Below, in pieces: positions 46,554 to 56,141 of a stretch of DNA of 64,000 nt. The notes beneath the pieces are model-generated. The model saw only the letters and a program-made list of their open reading frames with translations, was not told the origin of the DNA and did no database searches. This DNA is from Actinoallomurus sp. (GTDB lineage Bacteria; Actinomycetota; Actinomycetes; Streptosporangiales; Streptosporangiaceae), in NCBI GenBank assembly GCA_025964685.1, contig JAOPYG010000037.1, positions 12,742 through 76,741 on the forward strand. The letters are read 5' to 3'. The translations under genes and the position numbers were made by a program. Every line of letters starts with the position of its first letter. Within the stretch, counting starts at the first letter, position 1.

Positions 46554-47503
46554 TTGTCATCCTCAGAAAGCCTGACCACGACCAGCGCGATGATCAGTGA
46601 GACGACCGCGAGTACGACCCCGATGGCGGCCGCGGCGCCGACGTCGGGGTTGGCGAAGGCGCGCTGGTACAACACGATCGTCGGGGTGATGGTGGAGGTG
46701 CCAGGCCCGCCGCGGGTGGTGAGCCAGACGATGTCGAACACCCGGATCGCGCCGAGCACGGTCAGGGTCACCACGACGGCGACCTGGCCGCGCAGCCCCG
46801 GCAGGGTGACGGCGAAGAACTCGCGAACCGGTCCGGCACCGTCCACGCGGGCCGCGTCGTACAGCTCCGACGGGATGGACTGGGTGCCGGCGACGAACAG
46901 CACCATGCACAGTCCGAAGGCCGCCCACGTGCCGGCCAGGCCGAGTGCCGGAAGCGCCCAGCTGTAGTCGCCGAGCCAGCCCCGGGTCAGGGCGTCCAGG
47001 CCGAAGGCGCGAAGGGCCGAGTTGACCGGGCCCTGCGGAGCGTAGATGCGCTTCCACACGACGGCGACGACGGCCGGGGTGAGGACCTGCGGCAGGAAGA
47101 TGATCCAGCGATAGACACCCGCACGCCGGACGTCCTTGCGGGCGGTGAGCGCGGCGCTGACCAGCCCCAGCACGATGGGCAGCACCGAGAAGAAGACGAT
47201 GAAGAAGAGCGTGTGCTCGATCGCCTGCCGCATCGTCGGGTCGCCGAAGAATCCGGTGTAGTTCCCGAATCCCGCCCAGGTGGCCGCCGTCACGCCGTCC
47301 CAGTGCTGGAAGGACAGCCACACGCCCTGCAGGGTGGGTGCGAGCACGACGAGGGCGTACACGGCGAGGGCGGGGGCCAGGTAGGCCAGGCCGAGCCACC
47401 GCTGCCTGCGCCGGTGGGACGACACCCGCACGCGCTGTCGCCGTATGCTCCCCGCCGGCGTCACGTCTCCGGTCGCCGGCGGGGTCTGCCTGAGAATCGT
47501 CAC
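46550..47503 (-). CDS. Carbohydrate ABC permease (MalF-like)
   Basis: YLAPAL, GFGNY, ELYDAARVDGA, TRGGPG. Confidence 0.93.
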   Translation of the reverse strand: MTILRQTPPATGDVTPAGSIRRQRVRVSSHRRRQRWLGLAYLAPALAVYALVVLAPTLQGVWLSFQHWDGVTAATWAGFGNYTGFFGDPTMRQAIEHTLFFIVFFSVLPIVLGLVSAALTARKDVRRAGVYRWIIFLPQVLTPAVVAVVWKRIYAPQGPVNSALRAFGLDALTRGWLGDYSWALPALGLAGTWAAFGLCMVLFVAGTQSIPSELYDAARVDGAGPVREFFAVTLPGLRGQVAVVVTLTVLGAIRVFDIVWLTTRGGPGTSTITPTIVLYQRAFANPDVGAAAAIGVVLAVVSLIIALVVVRLSEDDK

Positions 47504-47511
47504 GTCGGGGG

Positions 47512-48885
47512 CTACTTCGCCAGGCTCTTGCTGAACTTGTCGTAGTCGGCCTGGGTTTTGCTGACGACGTCATCCGCCGACGTCTTGTTCGCGAGCAGAT
47601 CCTGCACCTGCGTCTGGATCGTGGTCAGCAGCGTCGGCGTCGCCCAGTCCAGGTACGGCACGGAGGCGTCATTGGAGGTGACCTGGGCGGCGACCGCGAC
47701 GTCGTCGGTGAACAGCGGGTCGCCGCCGGGCGCCTTGGTGTCGGCCAGGAGCGGCATCGTCTGGTTGTCCACGGCGATCTGGGCGGCCTCCGGGCTAGCG
47801 GCGAAGTTCATGAAGGCCGCGGCCGCGTCCGCGTGCTTGGACTTGGAGGAGATCGAGAAGTTGGTGGCCGACGAGGCGGTCGCGACCGGGTGCCCGCCGT
47901 CGGCGTGGGGGAGCAGGAAGGAGCCGAAGCCCTTGCTCTGACCCTTCTTCAGGGGCAGCGAGCCGGAGTAGTCGAACCGGAACAGCGCCTTGCCGTCGAC
48001 GAACGCCTGAGCGGCGTCCTGACCGGGCACGGCGGCGAAGTCCTTCGTGAAGTACCCCTTGCCGGCCCAGTCCTTGACCTTGGCGATCGCCTGCGGGAAG
48101 CCGGTCTGGTCGAGCTTCACCTGGTTGTGGGAGTAAATGAAGTCGGAGATGGCGTTCTGCGGCCCCAGCGCGTCCATCGCCGAGAACAGCGGCCCTGTGA
48201 CGCCCACCTGCTCCAGGTTGCCCATGGAGAGGGGGGTGATGCCGGCCGTCTTCGCCTTGGCGAGGTCGCCCTCGAAGTCGGCGAACGTCCTGGGCACGGA
48301 AGCGCCGATCCTGTTCAGCAGCGCGCGGTCGTAGTAGACCTCGATGAGCGAGGCGCGGGCGACCGGGGTGCCGAACACCGACCCGGTGCCCATCTGCTTC
48401 CCGTCACCGGAGAACTCGTGCTCGCGCAGGATCGAGGCCGGGACCGTCTTCTTCCAGCCGTAGGCGTTCGCGTAGTTGTCCAGGTTGAGGACGAGTCCGC
48501 CCTGGACGAGCGTGCCCAGCGACTGCCATCCGTTGTTGGCGGGCACGATGTCGGGCGGGTCGGCCGCCTTGAGCTTCAGCGGCAGTGACTTCATCACGTC
48601 GTCCCACGGCTGCGAGGTCCGCTTGATCGTGATGTTCGGGTACTTCTTCTCGAAGGCCGCCACCACGCCGTTCATCCACGCGACGTCGACGCCGCCGGTG
48701 AAGTAGTCGAGGACCTGGAGCTGGACCTTCCCCATCTTGGCCGGGTCGGTGACCACCGGCCCGGCGGACGCCTCGCCCGCCGCCTTGCCCTGGGAGCTGC
48801 CCGGCACGCATGCCGTGAGCAAGGTGGCCGCGGCCAGTGGCACCGCGAGGGCGCCGATCCGCTTTGTTGTCCTGAACGCGACCAC
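47512..48885 (-). CDS. Carbohydrate ABC substrate-binding lipoprotein
   Basis: AGGAG RBS plus GTG 48885; lipobox LTAC; FEKKYPNITIK, PPDI. Confidence 0.9.
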   Translation of the reverse strand: MVAFRTTKRIGALAVPLAAATLLTACVPGSSQGKAAGEASAGPVVTDPAKMGKVQLQVLDYFTGGVDVAWMNGVVAAFEKKYPNITIKRTSQPWDDVMKSLPLKLKAADPPDIVPANNGWQSLGTLVQGGLVLNLDNYANAYGWKKTVPASILREHEFSGDGKQMGTGSVFGTPVARASLIEVYYDRALLNRIGASVPRTFADFEGDLAKAKTAGITPLSMGNLEQVGVTGPLFSAMDALGPQNAISDFIYSHNQVKLDQTGFPQAIAKVKDWAGKGYFTKDFAAVPGQDAAQAFVDGKALFRFDYSGSLPLKKGQSKGFGSFLLPHADGGHPVATASSATNFSISSKSKHADAAAAFMNFAASPEAAQIAVDNQTMPLLADTKAPGGDPLFTDDVAVAAQVTSNDASVPYLDWATPTLLTTIQTQVQDLLANKTSADDVVSKTQADYDKFSKSLAK

Positions 48886-48998
48886 GATGTCTCCTGTCGT
48901 CGATGGACCATCCGTCATCCGCGGGTCGGCCGGGCCTTCTGCACATGGTGGTGGAGGTCCTACCGGCTTCCCGAGAGGTATCGTGAGCATAGGACGAC

Positions 48999-49015
48999 CA
49001 GACCAGTTAGTCCAG
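48999..49015 (-). promoter_or_regulatory. GntR operator candidate 1
   Basis: Minus strand CTGGACTAACTGGTCTG. Confidence 0.55.
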
Positions 49016-49105
49016 ATGTCACTAGATGGTTTATTACGCGTCCGAAAACCATCCCATGTGAACCTGGTGATCCGATGAGGCCAGAACGCGATCCATGGAG
49101 CATTT

Positions 49106-49122
49106 CTGGCTCGTCTGGTCTG
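49106..49122 (+). promoter_or_regulatory. GntR operator candidate 2
   Basis: CTGGCTCGTCTGGTCTG upstream of the regulator. Confidence 0.4.
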
Positions 49123-49139
49123 ATCTCCGTTGCTAACGT

Positions 49140-49883
49140 ATGGACATGACCAACGGCGAGGACGCGAGTGCGGGCGCGGCCGTCACGGAGACGTACCGAA
49201 GGCTCAGCGACGCCCTGCGCCGCGGGGTGTTCCCGGCGGGCGGGCGGCTGCCCGGCGAGCGTGATCTGGCAGGGAGCCTGGGAGTGAGCCGATCTACACT
49301 CCGTCACGCCCTGGGGCGTCTCGCCGACGAGGGCAAGCTCGACCGATCGTCGCAGCGCGGCTGGTTCGTGAGCCGCAACGTGGTGGGCGAGCCGCCCAGC
49401 ACGCTGCAGAGTTTCTCGGAGATGGCACGGGCCCGCGGGCTCAGCGCGCGATCGAAGATCCTGTCGCGGCAGGAGCGGCCGGCCACCTTCGAAGAGGCCG
49501 AACAGCTCGGCATCGCTCCGGCCGCGCGGGTCCTCGAGCTGCGGCGCCTGCGCAGCCTCGACGGCATGCCGGTCTGCCTGGACTCCAGTGTGATCGTGCT
49601 CGCCCGCGCGGTGCGGCTGGCCGAGCTCGACCTCACCGACCGCTCCCTGTACGAGACGCTGGAGCGCGAATGCGGGGTCCGCGTCGCGCGCAGCTCCTAC
49701 ACCGTACGGGCCGACGCCGGTGACGAGGAGACGGCCGGGCTCCTGGAGATCGAGCTCGGCGCGCCTGTTCTCGTCGGCGAGGAGGTCACCTACGCCGACG
49801 ACGGCACGCCGATCATCACCGGGCGGATGACCTACCGTAGCGACGCCTACCGGTTCCAGGCGGACCTGTTCCGCTCGATCTGA
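49140..49883 (+). CDS. GntR/HutC (UTRA) regulator, DasR/NagR-like
   Basis: RLPGERDLAGSLGVSRSTLRHAL; SFSEM, SLY, YRSDAYRF. Confidence 0.92.
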   Translation: MDMTNGEDASAGAAVTETYRRLSDALRRGVFPAGGRLPGERDLAGSLGVSRSTLRHALGRLADEGKLDRSSQRGWFVSRNVVGEPPSTLQSFSEMARARGLSARSKILSRQERPATFEEAEQLGIAPAARVLELRRLRSLDGMPVCLDSSVIVLARAVRLAELDLTDRSLYETLERECGVRVARSSYTVRADAGDEETAGLLEIELGAPVLVGEEVTYADDGTPIITGRMTYRSDAYRFQADLFRSI

Positions 49884-49916
49884 TGCGTTCGACCTGACCG
49901 GCGTGGTCGCAGGCCG

Positions 49917-49953
49917 GACCGCGCGGGCGGCGTACGGCACCACCCGCGCGGTC
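49917..49953. terminator. Hairpin between convergent GntR and GH3 genes
   Basis: GACCGCGCGGG / CCCGCGCGGTC stem. Confidence 0.6.
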
Positions 49954-49958
49954 GCGTG

Positions 49959-52433
49959 TCAGGCGGGTCCGGCCGTCCAGCGCGCCCGCAGCGGCGTACG
50001 GGCGACGTCGCCGCCGGCGTGCACCTCGAACGCGCCGGGCTCCTCGACCCAGCGGTGCTCCTCCGCGGACCAGTGGGCCCGGACGCGCGACGGAAGCGGC
50101 ACGTCGACCGTCACCGTCCGCCCACCCTCCGCGCGCGCCTTGGCGAACCCGGCGAGCCAGCGCGCCGGCCGCTCCACCGCCGAGTCCGGGCGCGCCAGGT
50201 ACACCTGGACGACCTCCGTGCCCGCACGGGAGCCGACGTTGGTGAGCGTGACCCGCGCGATGGCGCCGTCGGCGCCGGGCACGAGGTCGACGGCGTCATA
50301 ACGCCAGGTCGTGTAGCCGAGCCCGGACCCGAACGGCAGCGCCGGTGCGCCGTCGCCGCCGTTCGGATCCCGCCACGCCCGGTAGCCGATGCGCAGGCCC
50401 TCGCGGTAGACCAGCCGCCCGTCCTCGGGGAGGGGGGACGGGTCGGCGTCCCCCGGCTCGCGAGCGGTCCACGTGGTCGGCATCCGCCCGCCCGGCTCGG
50501 CCGCGCCGGTGAGCACGTCGGCCAGCGCGCGCCCGCCCTCCTGGCCCGGAAACCACGTCAGCAGCGTCGCGGCGACGTCGTCCAGCCAGGGCATCGCGAC
50601 CGGCCCGCCCGCGTTGACCACCACGACGGTGTGGGGATTGGCCGCCGCGACGGCGGCGACCAGGTCGTCCTGGCGACCCGGCAGCGCGATCGACGTACGG
50701 TCGAACCCCTCGCTCTCGATCTGCTCGGTCGTGCCGACGACGACGACGGCCACGTCGGACTCCGCGGCGAGCCGCGCCGCGTGGGCGAGCTCGTCCTCCT
50801 CGGAGCGGCGGGGCGGCTCGACGCCGACCATGAGCAGCGCGACGTCGAGGGACCGGCGGTCGGGCCGCAGCCGTACCTCGATCGCGACCTCCTGGCCGGT
50901 CGTCAGCGGCAGCTCGTGCGTGGTGTCGATCGGGGCCAGCAGCGCGGCGAAGTGGTTCTTCAGCGACGGGTCGACGGTCCCGTCGAAGGTGGTCCGCCCG
51001 TCGACCGTCATGACGATCTCGCCGACCCCGCCGAAGCCGAGCCGGTACGTCCCGTCGACGGGCGCGCGGAACACGCAGGACGCCTCGATCTCGGCGATAC
51101 GGCCGACCTCGGGAATGTCCATCCACAGCAGCCAGCCGCTGTCGCGATGCTCGTCGCGCCACACGTGCCCGGAGCCGTCCCGCAGCCGCACCCGTACTCC
51201 CGGGCTGCCGTCGACCGGGTCACTGACCTGGGTACGGTCGAACGGCCGCAGCCCGGTCGTGGTGTGGGCCCCGGCCGTGTGGACCACCTCGACGTCCGGG
51301 CCCAGCGCCTCGATGAGGCCCTCCAGCGGCGACACCGTGTACGGCGGCGCCACCCGGGCGCTGCCGCCACCCTGCACCCGGGCGTGCGCGGCGTTCGGCC
51401 CGATCACGGCGACCTTCCTCAGCCCGGACTGCGGCAGCGGCAGCACGCCGTTGTTGCGGGCCAGCACCATCCCGGCGACGGCCGCCTCACGCGCCAGGCT
51501 CGCCGCCGCCGTGTCATCGAGCGGTTCGCCCGCGGGCACGGCCGGCGTGAAGCCCTCCAGCGCGCCGACACGTGCGGCCAGCCGCAGCAGCCGGCGGATC
51601 TTCTCATCGATCGCCGCCTCCGGCACCTCGCCGGACCGCACCGCCGTGAGCAGCGCGTCTCCGGTCCACGGGGTCTCCGGTCCTGGCATCGCCAGGTCCG
51701 TCCCGGCCCGGCCTGACGCGGCCACCGAATGGACCGCGTTCCAGTCGGACACCACGGCGCCGTCGAATCCCCATTCGCCCTTGAGGACCTCGTCGAGGAG
51801 CGGGTTCTCGGTCATCGTGGGGCCGTTGGCGCCGTTGTAGGCGGCCATCACCAGCCACGGCCGCGCGTCCCGCAGGATCTCCTCGAACGGCTTCAGGTAC
51901 AGCTCGCGCAGCGGGCGCGGCTCGATGACGGCCTCGTACGTCATGCGCTCGGTCTCAGAGTCGTTGGCCACGAAGTGCTTCGGCGTGGCGGCGATGCCCG
52001 CGCTCTGCAGCCCTTCGACGTATGCGGTGCCGATGCGCGCGGTCAGCAGCGGGTCCTCCGAGAAGCACTCGAAGTGCCGGCCGCCCAGCGGCGTGCGGTG
52101 CAGGTTGATCGTCGGCGCCAGGAGGATGTCCACGCCCTTGCGCCGGCATTCGCTCGCGAGCAGCCGCGCCAACCGCCCGATCAAGTCGGTGTCCCAGCTC
52201 GCGGCCATGGCCGTCGGCGACGGGACGTTGTGGGAGAAGTCCCGCTCGTCCCAGGTAAGGCCCCGTACGCCGACCGGCCCGTCCGACATGACCAGCGCGC
52301 GCAGCCCGATCACGGGCTCCGCGTGCGTCGTCCACGACGTCGCGCCGGACAGCAGCCGGATCTTGCGGTCCAGGGTCAGCGCGGAGACCAGCGCGTCGAT
52401 ACGCGTCTCCGCCGGGCCGGTGGCATCACTCAT
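49959..52433 (-). CDS. GH3 beta-glucosidase (PA14-type insert, Fn3-like C-terminus), cytoplasmic
   Basis: SDGPVGVRG, GRHFECFSEDP, KHFVAND, VVSDW, ESEGFDR, PFGSGLGYT. Confidence 0.93.
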   Translation of the reverse strand: MSDATGPAETRIDALVSALTLDRKIRLLSGATSWTTHAEPVIGLRALVMSDGPVGVRGLTWDERDFSHNVPSPTAMAASWDTDLIGRLARLLASECRRKGVDILLAPTINLHRTPLGGRHFECFSEDPLLTARIGTAYVEGLQSAGIAATPKHFVANDSETERMTYEAVIEPRPLRELYLKPFEEILRDARPWLVMAAYNGANGPTMTENPLLDEVLKGEWGFDGAVVSDWNAVHSVAASGRAGTDLAMPGPETPWTGDALLTAVRSGEVPEAAIDEKIRRLLRLAARVGALEGFTPAVPAGEPLDDTAAASLAREAAVAGMVLARNNGVLPLPQSGLRKVAVIGPNAAHARVQGGGSARVAPPYTVSPLEGLIEALGPDVEVVHTAGAHTTTGLRPFDRTQVSDPVDGSPGVRVRLRDGSGHVWRDEHRDSGWLLWMDIPEVGRIAEIEASCVFRAPVDGTYRLGFGGVGEIVMTVDGRTTFDGTVDPSLKNHFAALLAPIDTTHELPLTTGQEVAIEVRLRPDRRSLDVALLMVGVEPPRRSEEDELAHAARLAAESDVAVVVVGTTEQIESEGFDRTSIALPGRQDDLVAAVAAANPHTVVVVNAGGPVAMPWLDDVAATLLTWFPGQEGGRALADVLTGAAEPGGRMPTTWTAREPGDADPSPLPEDGRLVYREGLRIGYRAWRDPNGGDGAPALPFGSGLGYTTWRYDAVDLVPGADGAIARVTLTNVGSRAGTEVVQVYLARPDSAVERPARWLAGFAKARAEGGRTVTVDVPLPSRVRAHWSAEEHRWVEEPGAFEVHAGGDVARTPLRARWTAGPA

Positions 52434-52511
52434 GGTCAGGAGGTCCTCTCGGGGTCGGCGCGGATCGCGCGCACCGGGCTGTCGATGAGATGGGGCGGGA
52501 CCCGCCGCCGG

Positions 52512-53531
52512 TCAGGTCTCCAGGAAGGCCTTCGGCGGCACGGTACGGGTGAGCCGGTCGAGGACCGCCTCCGACAATGGCACGTCGCTCTCGCCGAGCG
52601 CGTCCAGGGCCGCGCCGGCGACGGGCGCGAGGCCGGCGCGGTGCGGGACGGCGCCGGGGACGTGTTCCGGCAGCTCCGCCAGGAACGCCGCCGCGACCGG
52701 GGAGTCCTCGGCCATCAGCACCGACCCGGAGAGCACCACCCCGACCGGCCGCTCACCGGAGCCGGACCCGGCGATCAGGCCGGTGCGGCGGGCGGCCACA
52801 CCCGCGTACGTGGCGAGGTACCGTCCCTGCGCCCGCACGATCGACGCGGCGACCGCGTCGCCGGCGGATGCCGTCGCGGTGACGACCCGGGCGGACCGGG
52901 TCCGGTCCCTGTAGGTCCCGCCGCCCTCGCGGCGCGTGAACCAGTGGTTGAGCGCCGCGACCGTGGGCCTGCCGTAGAACTCCAGCAGCGCCCCGGTCAG
53001 CGCGGTCTCCGGGCCCAGGCCGAGCTCGGCGAGAAGCACCGCCTTGATCGCCTCGTTCGCCAGCCCGATGGCGCCCATCGGATGCTGGCCCCACCAGCCC
53101 ATGTCCCAGAGTGTCCCGGTGGGCCCCCGTGCCGCGATGGCCGCCGCCGTCCCGGCCGCGACCGCGACGCCGACGCCCGAGAGCTCGCCGCAGCGGATCG
53201 GCGCGTAGCCGTCGTTGAGGACGGAGTACGGGCGCAGCGACGGGTACCGCTGCGCCAGGGCCTGCTCCCAGTAGGCGCGGTCCTCGGGCCAGTCGATGCC
53301 GGCCAGCCTGAACGCGGCGCCGGCGACGTCGGCGCGGTCAGCCCCGGCCTGGGCCAGGGCGGCGTCGACGGCCGCCAGCACCGCCGAGACCGCCTCTTCC
53401 GGCGTCGGTGCGCCGTAGATGTCACCGCAGCCGGACCGCCCGGCGCCGGCCACCGCGCCGGAGGCGTCGCACACCAGCGCGGCGGTCTTGCTGTTCCCCG
53501 CGTCGACGCCCAGGTAGAGCGGTCCCGCCAT
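52512..53531 (-). CDS. BadF/BadG-type N-acetylglucosamine/sugar kinase
   Basis: YLGVDAGNSKT, LAGIDWPED, VLNDG, AGT. Confidence 0.88.
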   Translation of the reverse strand: MAGPLYLGVDAGNSKTAALVCDASGAVAGAGRSGCGDIYGAPTPEEAVSAVLAAVDAALAQAGADRADVAGAAFRLAGIDWPEDRAYWEQALAQRYPSLRPYSVLNDGYAPIRCGELSGVGVAVAAGTAAAIAARGPTGTLWDMGWWGQHPMGAIGLANEAIKAVLLAELGLGPETALTGALLEFYGRPTVAALNHWFTRREGGGTYRDRTRSARVVTATASAGDAVAASIVRAQGRYLATYAGVAARRTGLIAGSGSGERPVGVVLSGSVLMAEDSPVAAAFLAELPEHVPGAVPHRAGLAPVAGAALDALGESDVPLSEAVLDRLTRTVPPKAFLET

Positions 53532-54832
53532 CAGGGCAGCAGCCGGTCGGGCAGCCACGCGGACTGCGCCGCGGCCAGCTCTCCGTACAGCGCCTCGGCG
53601 ACGGTCAGCGAGGGCACGAGCGGGTTGGCCGCCATCGCGCGGACGGCGTCGGCGACGGCACCGTCCCACGCCGCCCTGGCGGTCAGGATCTGGTACTCGG
53701 CGAGCTGCTGGGTGATCCCGAGCACCGAGTGGGGGAGCGGCTTCTGCGGCTCGGGGTGGAAGCCCTTCGCGTCCACCGTGCCCCACAGCTCCACCACGGT
53801 CGTCTCGTCGAACCCGGGCAGTACGCCACCGTCGTTCGGCACGTTGAACGGCAGGCGCGCGCCCGTGTCGTTGTAGAACGCGCTGATCGCGTCGATCGCC
53901 AGCTCCAGCTCGTGGATGCCGCCGCGGGAGCGCGCGGGATCGAGGCGGGGCTCCGCCGATTCGGCCTGCTCGCGGTAGTGCTGCCAGTAGTCCCCGAGCG
54001 AGGACATGATGACCTCGGACCGGGTCATCGGCGCCAGCTGGTGCTCGCGGAGGATCTCGTCCTTGAAGTAGTAGTAGTTGAAGTAGTCCGACGGGACCGA
54101 CTCCATCGCGACGGCCAGGTGCAGGGCCCGCATGCCGTTCACGTCGTCGGTCGGCTTGTCCCGCAGCGCCTCCCAGCGCTCCCGCAGGATCGGGAAGGCG
54201 TCCTGCCCGTCGTACGTCGCCTCGTTCGACCAGCAGTTGTGGTTGATGCCGACCAGGTTGGCCTTCAGCAGGTCCGGGTCGAGTCCGGCGGCCTTGGCCA
54301 CGACCGGCGGGAAGACGATCGGCCCCTCGCAGAAGGAGGCGATCGGGATGTCCGTGTTGTCGGCCACGGCCTGGGAGACGATGTTGACCGGGTTGGTGTA
54401 GTTGAAGATCCGGGCCCGCGGCGCGACGCGGGTCAGGTTCTCCGACAGCTCATTGATCACCCGCACGGAGCTCAGCGCCATCATCATGACGCCGGGCCCC
54501 TGCGTCTACTGCCCGATCACGCCGTACTTGAGCGGGATCCGCTCGTCGATCGCGCGTGCCGCGAAGCCGCCCGGCCGGAAGCTGGACAGCACCGCGTCGA
54601 CGTCGCGCAGTCCCTCGCGCTGGTCGGTCGTCGCGGTCACGGTGATGTCGAGGCCGGCGTTCGCCGCCATCTTCTCGGTGATCGTCTTCACGATCTCCAG
54701 GTGTTCGGCGTCGAGGTCGATGAGGACGAACTCCGAGCCGTCGAACTCCTCGCCGTGGTGGACGAATGAGGCCATCGTCCCGGGGGCGCGCGAGGAGCCC
54801 CCGCCGAGGTACGCAAGCTTGATGCGAGCCAT
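53531..54832 (-). pseudogene. GH4 6-phospho-beta-glucosidase interrupted by an in-frame TAG (54506-54508)
   Basis: YLGGGSSR, DERIPLKYGVIGQ*TQGPG, NYTNP, FCEG, GINH; both ORFs are in the same frame. Confidence 0.85.
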
Positions 54833-54872
54833 TTGTCTCCTTTGGGGGATCGATCTGAGGTTATGCGCGGGA

Positions 54873-55679
54873 TCAGATGTGGGGTGCGGTACCGGCCGCG
54901 GCCTCGTCGAGAAGCAGCCGGGCCTGGGCGCACTCGCTGAGGATGGTGGCCGGCCAGTCCGGCTCGTAACGCTCGGCGGCGGTGAGCCGCCGGGCGGCCT
55001 CGGCCTTGTCCGCCCCGTGCGCCACCATCACGACGCGTTTCGACTGCTCCTGGATCGTGCCGACGCCCACGGTCACGCCGTACAACGGAACCTCGTCCAG
55101 TCCGCCGAACGTGGGGAACGTCGTGAGGTTGTCGCGGCGCGTCTGCTCGGTGAGCCCGACCACGCGGGTGCGCGTGCCCGCCGGGGTGCCGGCCGGGTTG
55201 AAGGCGACGTGTCCGTCGCTCGCGCCGGAGGCGAGCACGAACAGGTCGATGCCGCCCACGTCCGCGATCCGCTTGTCGTACTCCTCGGGATCGGCCGGAT
55301 CGGGCACCCAGAACCGGTCCGGCGTGATGCCGCGCCGGGGGCCCGCCGCGGCGTTCAGCCGCTCCACGATCTCCAGCCGGCCGAACCGGGCGCAGCTGTG
55401 GGCAAGCGCCGGGTCGATCCGGAGGAAGTCTCCCGTCGCCTCGTCCCGTGCGACGTACTCGTCCATCATGACGATCACCACGTGTCCCAGGTCGAGCCCG
55501 CGCGCGGCGAGCTCGGCGGGGAGTGCCGTGTACGTGCTGTGCGCGCTGCGCCCTCCGGGACATCCGAGCACGTACGGCCGGCCGTCACGCGTGGCGTCCT
55601 CGATCTCGCTCGCGATCTCCGCGGCGAGGGCGTGGCCCAGGGCCACGGGGTCGGGGAACACAGTCGGCGGCACGTGCAC
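54873..55679 (-). CDS. Glucosamine-6-phosphate deaminase (NagB)-like protein
   Basis: MDEY, GGIDL, DGHVAFNP, TRRDN..F, GVGTI, KAEA, PAT. Confidence 0.8.
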   Translation of the reverse strand: MHVPPTVFPDPVALGHALAAEIASEIEDATRDGRPYVLGCPGGRSAHSTYTALPAELAARGLDLGHVVIVMMDEYVARDEATGDFLRIDPALAHSCARFGRLEIVERLNAAAGPRRGITPDRFWVPDPADPEEYDKRIADVGGIDLFVLASGASDGHVAFNPAGTPAGTRTRVVGLTEQTRRDNLTTFPTFGGLDEVPLYGVTVGVGTIQEQSKRVVMVAHGADKAEAARRLTAAERYEPDWPATILSECAQARLLLDEAAAGTAPHI

Positions 55680-55722
55680 AGGGTCAACTCCTCCGTGAAC
55701 CAGTTATACCTGGAAAGATATA

Positions 55723-55739
55723 CTGGTCTGACTGGTCTG
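55723..55739 (+). promoter_or_regulatory. GntR operator candidate 3
   Basis: CTGGTCTGACTGGTCTG upstream of the nagB-like operon. Confidence 0.6.
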
Positions 55740-55881
55740 TGCAATGTCCATGGGAAGTCATTCCATGAGCGATCATGACGGCTCGACCCCCGGAGGTACG
55801 GAACCGTGTCGTGCCGCCCGCGGCGGGCCTCGCGGGAACGCGGAATGTCCGAGACGGCGGGATGATCTACCCTGCGACAAG

Positions 55882-55983
55882 ACCCAGGCCGAACTCTGGG
55901 CGCGCGGCGAGACCATCCCGATGCGTTCCGCGCCGGAGACCATCCGGCGGGAGGCCCGGCACACCCTCGCGCTCACCCCCTGA
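55882..55983 (+). pseudogene. C-terminal remnant of a penicillin acylase family protein
   Basis: QAELWARGETIPM...IRREARHTLALTP-stop resembles the Ntn-amidase C-terminus. Confidence 0.5.
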
Positions 55984-56141
55984 GCGTCGCCACGCCGCGA
56001 CACCCCCGGGCCCTGAGTGGGGCAAAGAACGCCGCCCGGCGCCGGACCGGCCGTTATTCTGCGCAGGGGATCGCCGGCGCGGGGGGTGTCGTCATCATTG
56101 ATCCGGGGGGATCCGGGGGGCCCGGGGCGCTGCTCCGGTGG

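Noticed and set aside
54506-54508. Pyrrolysine or programmed amber recoding
   Set aside because: The position needs a conserved Glu, no pyl genes are in the window, and neighbouring substitutions suggest damage or error
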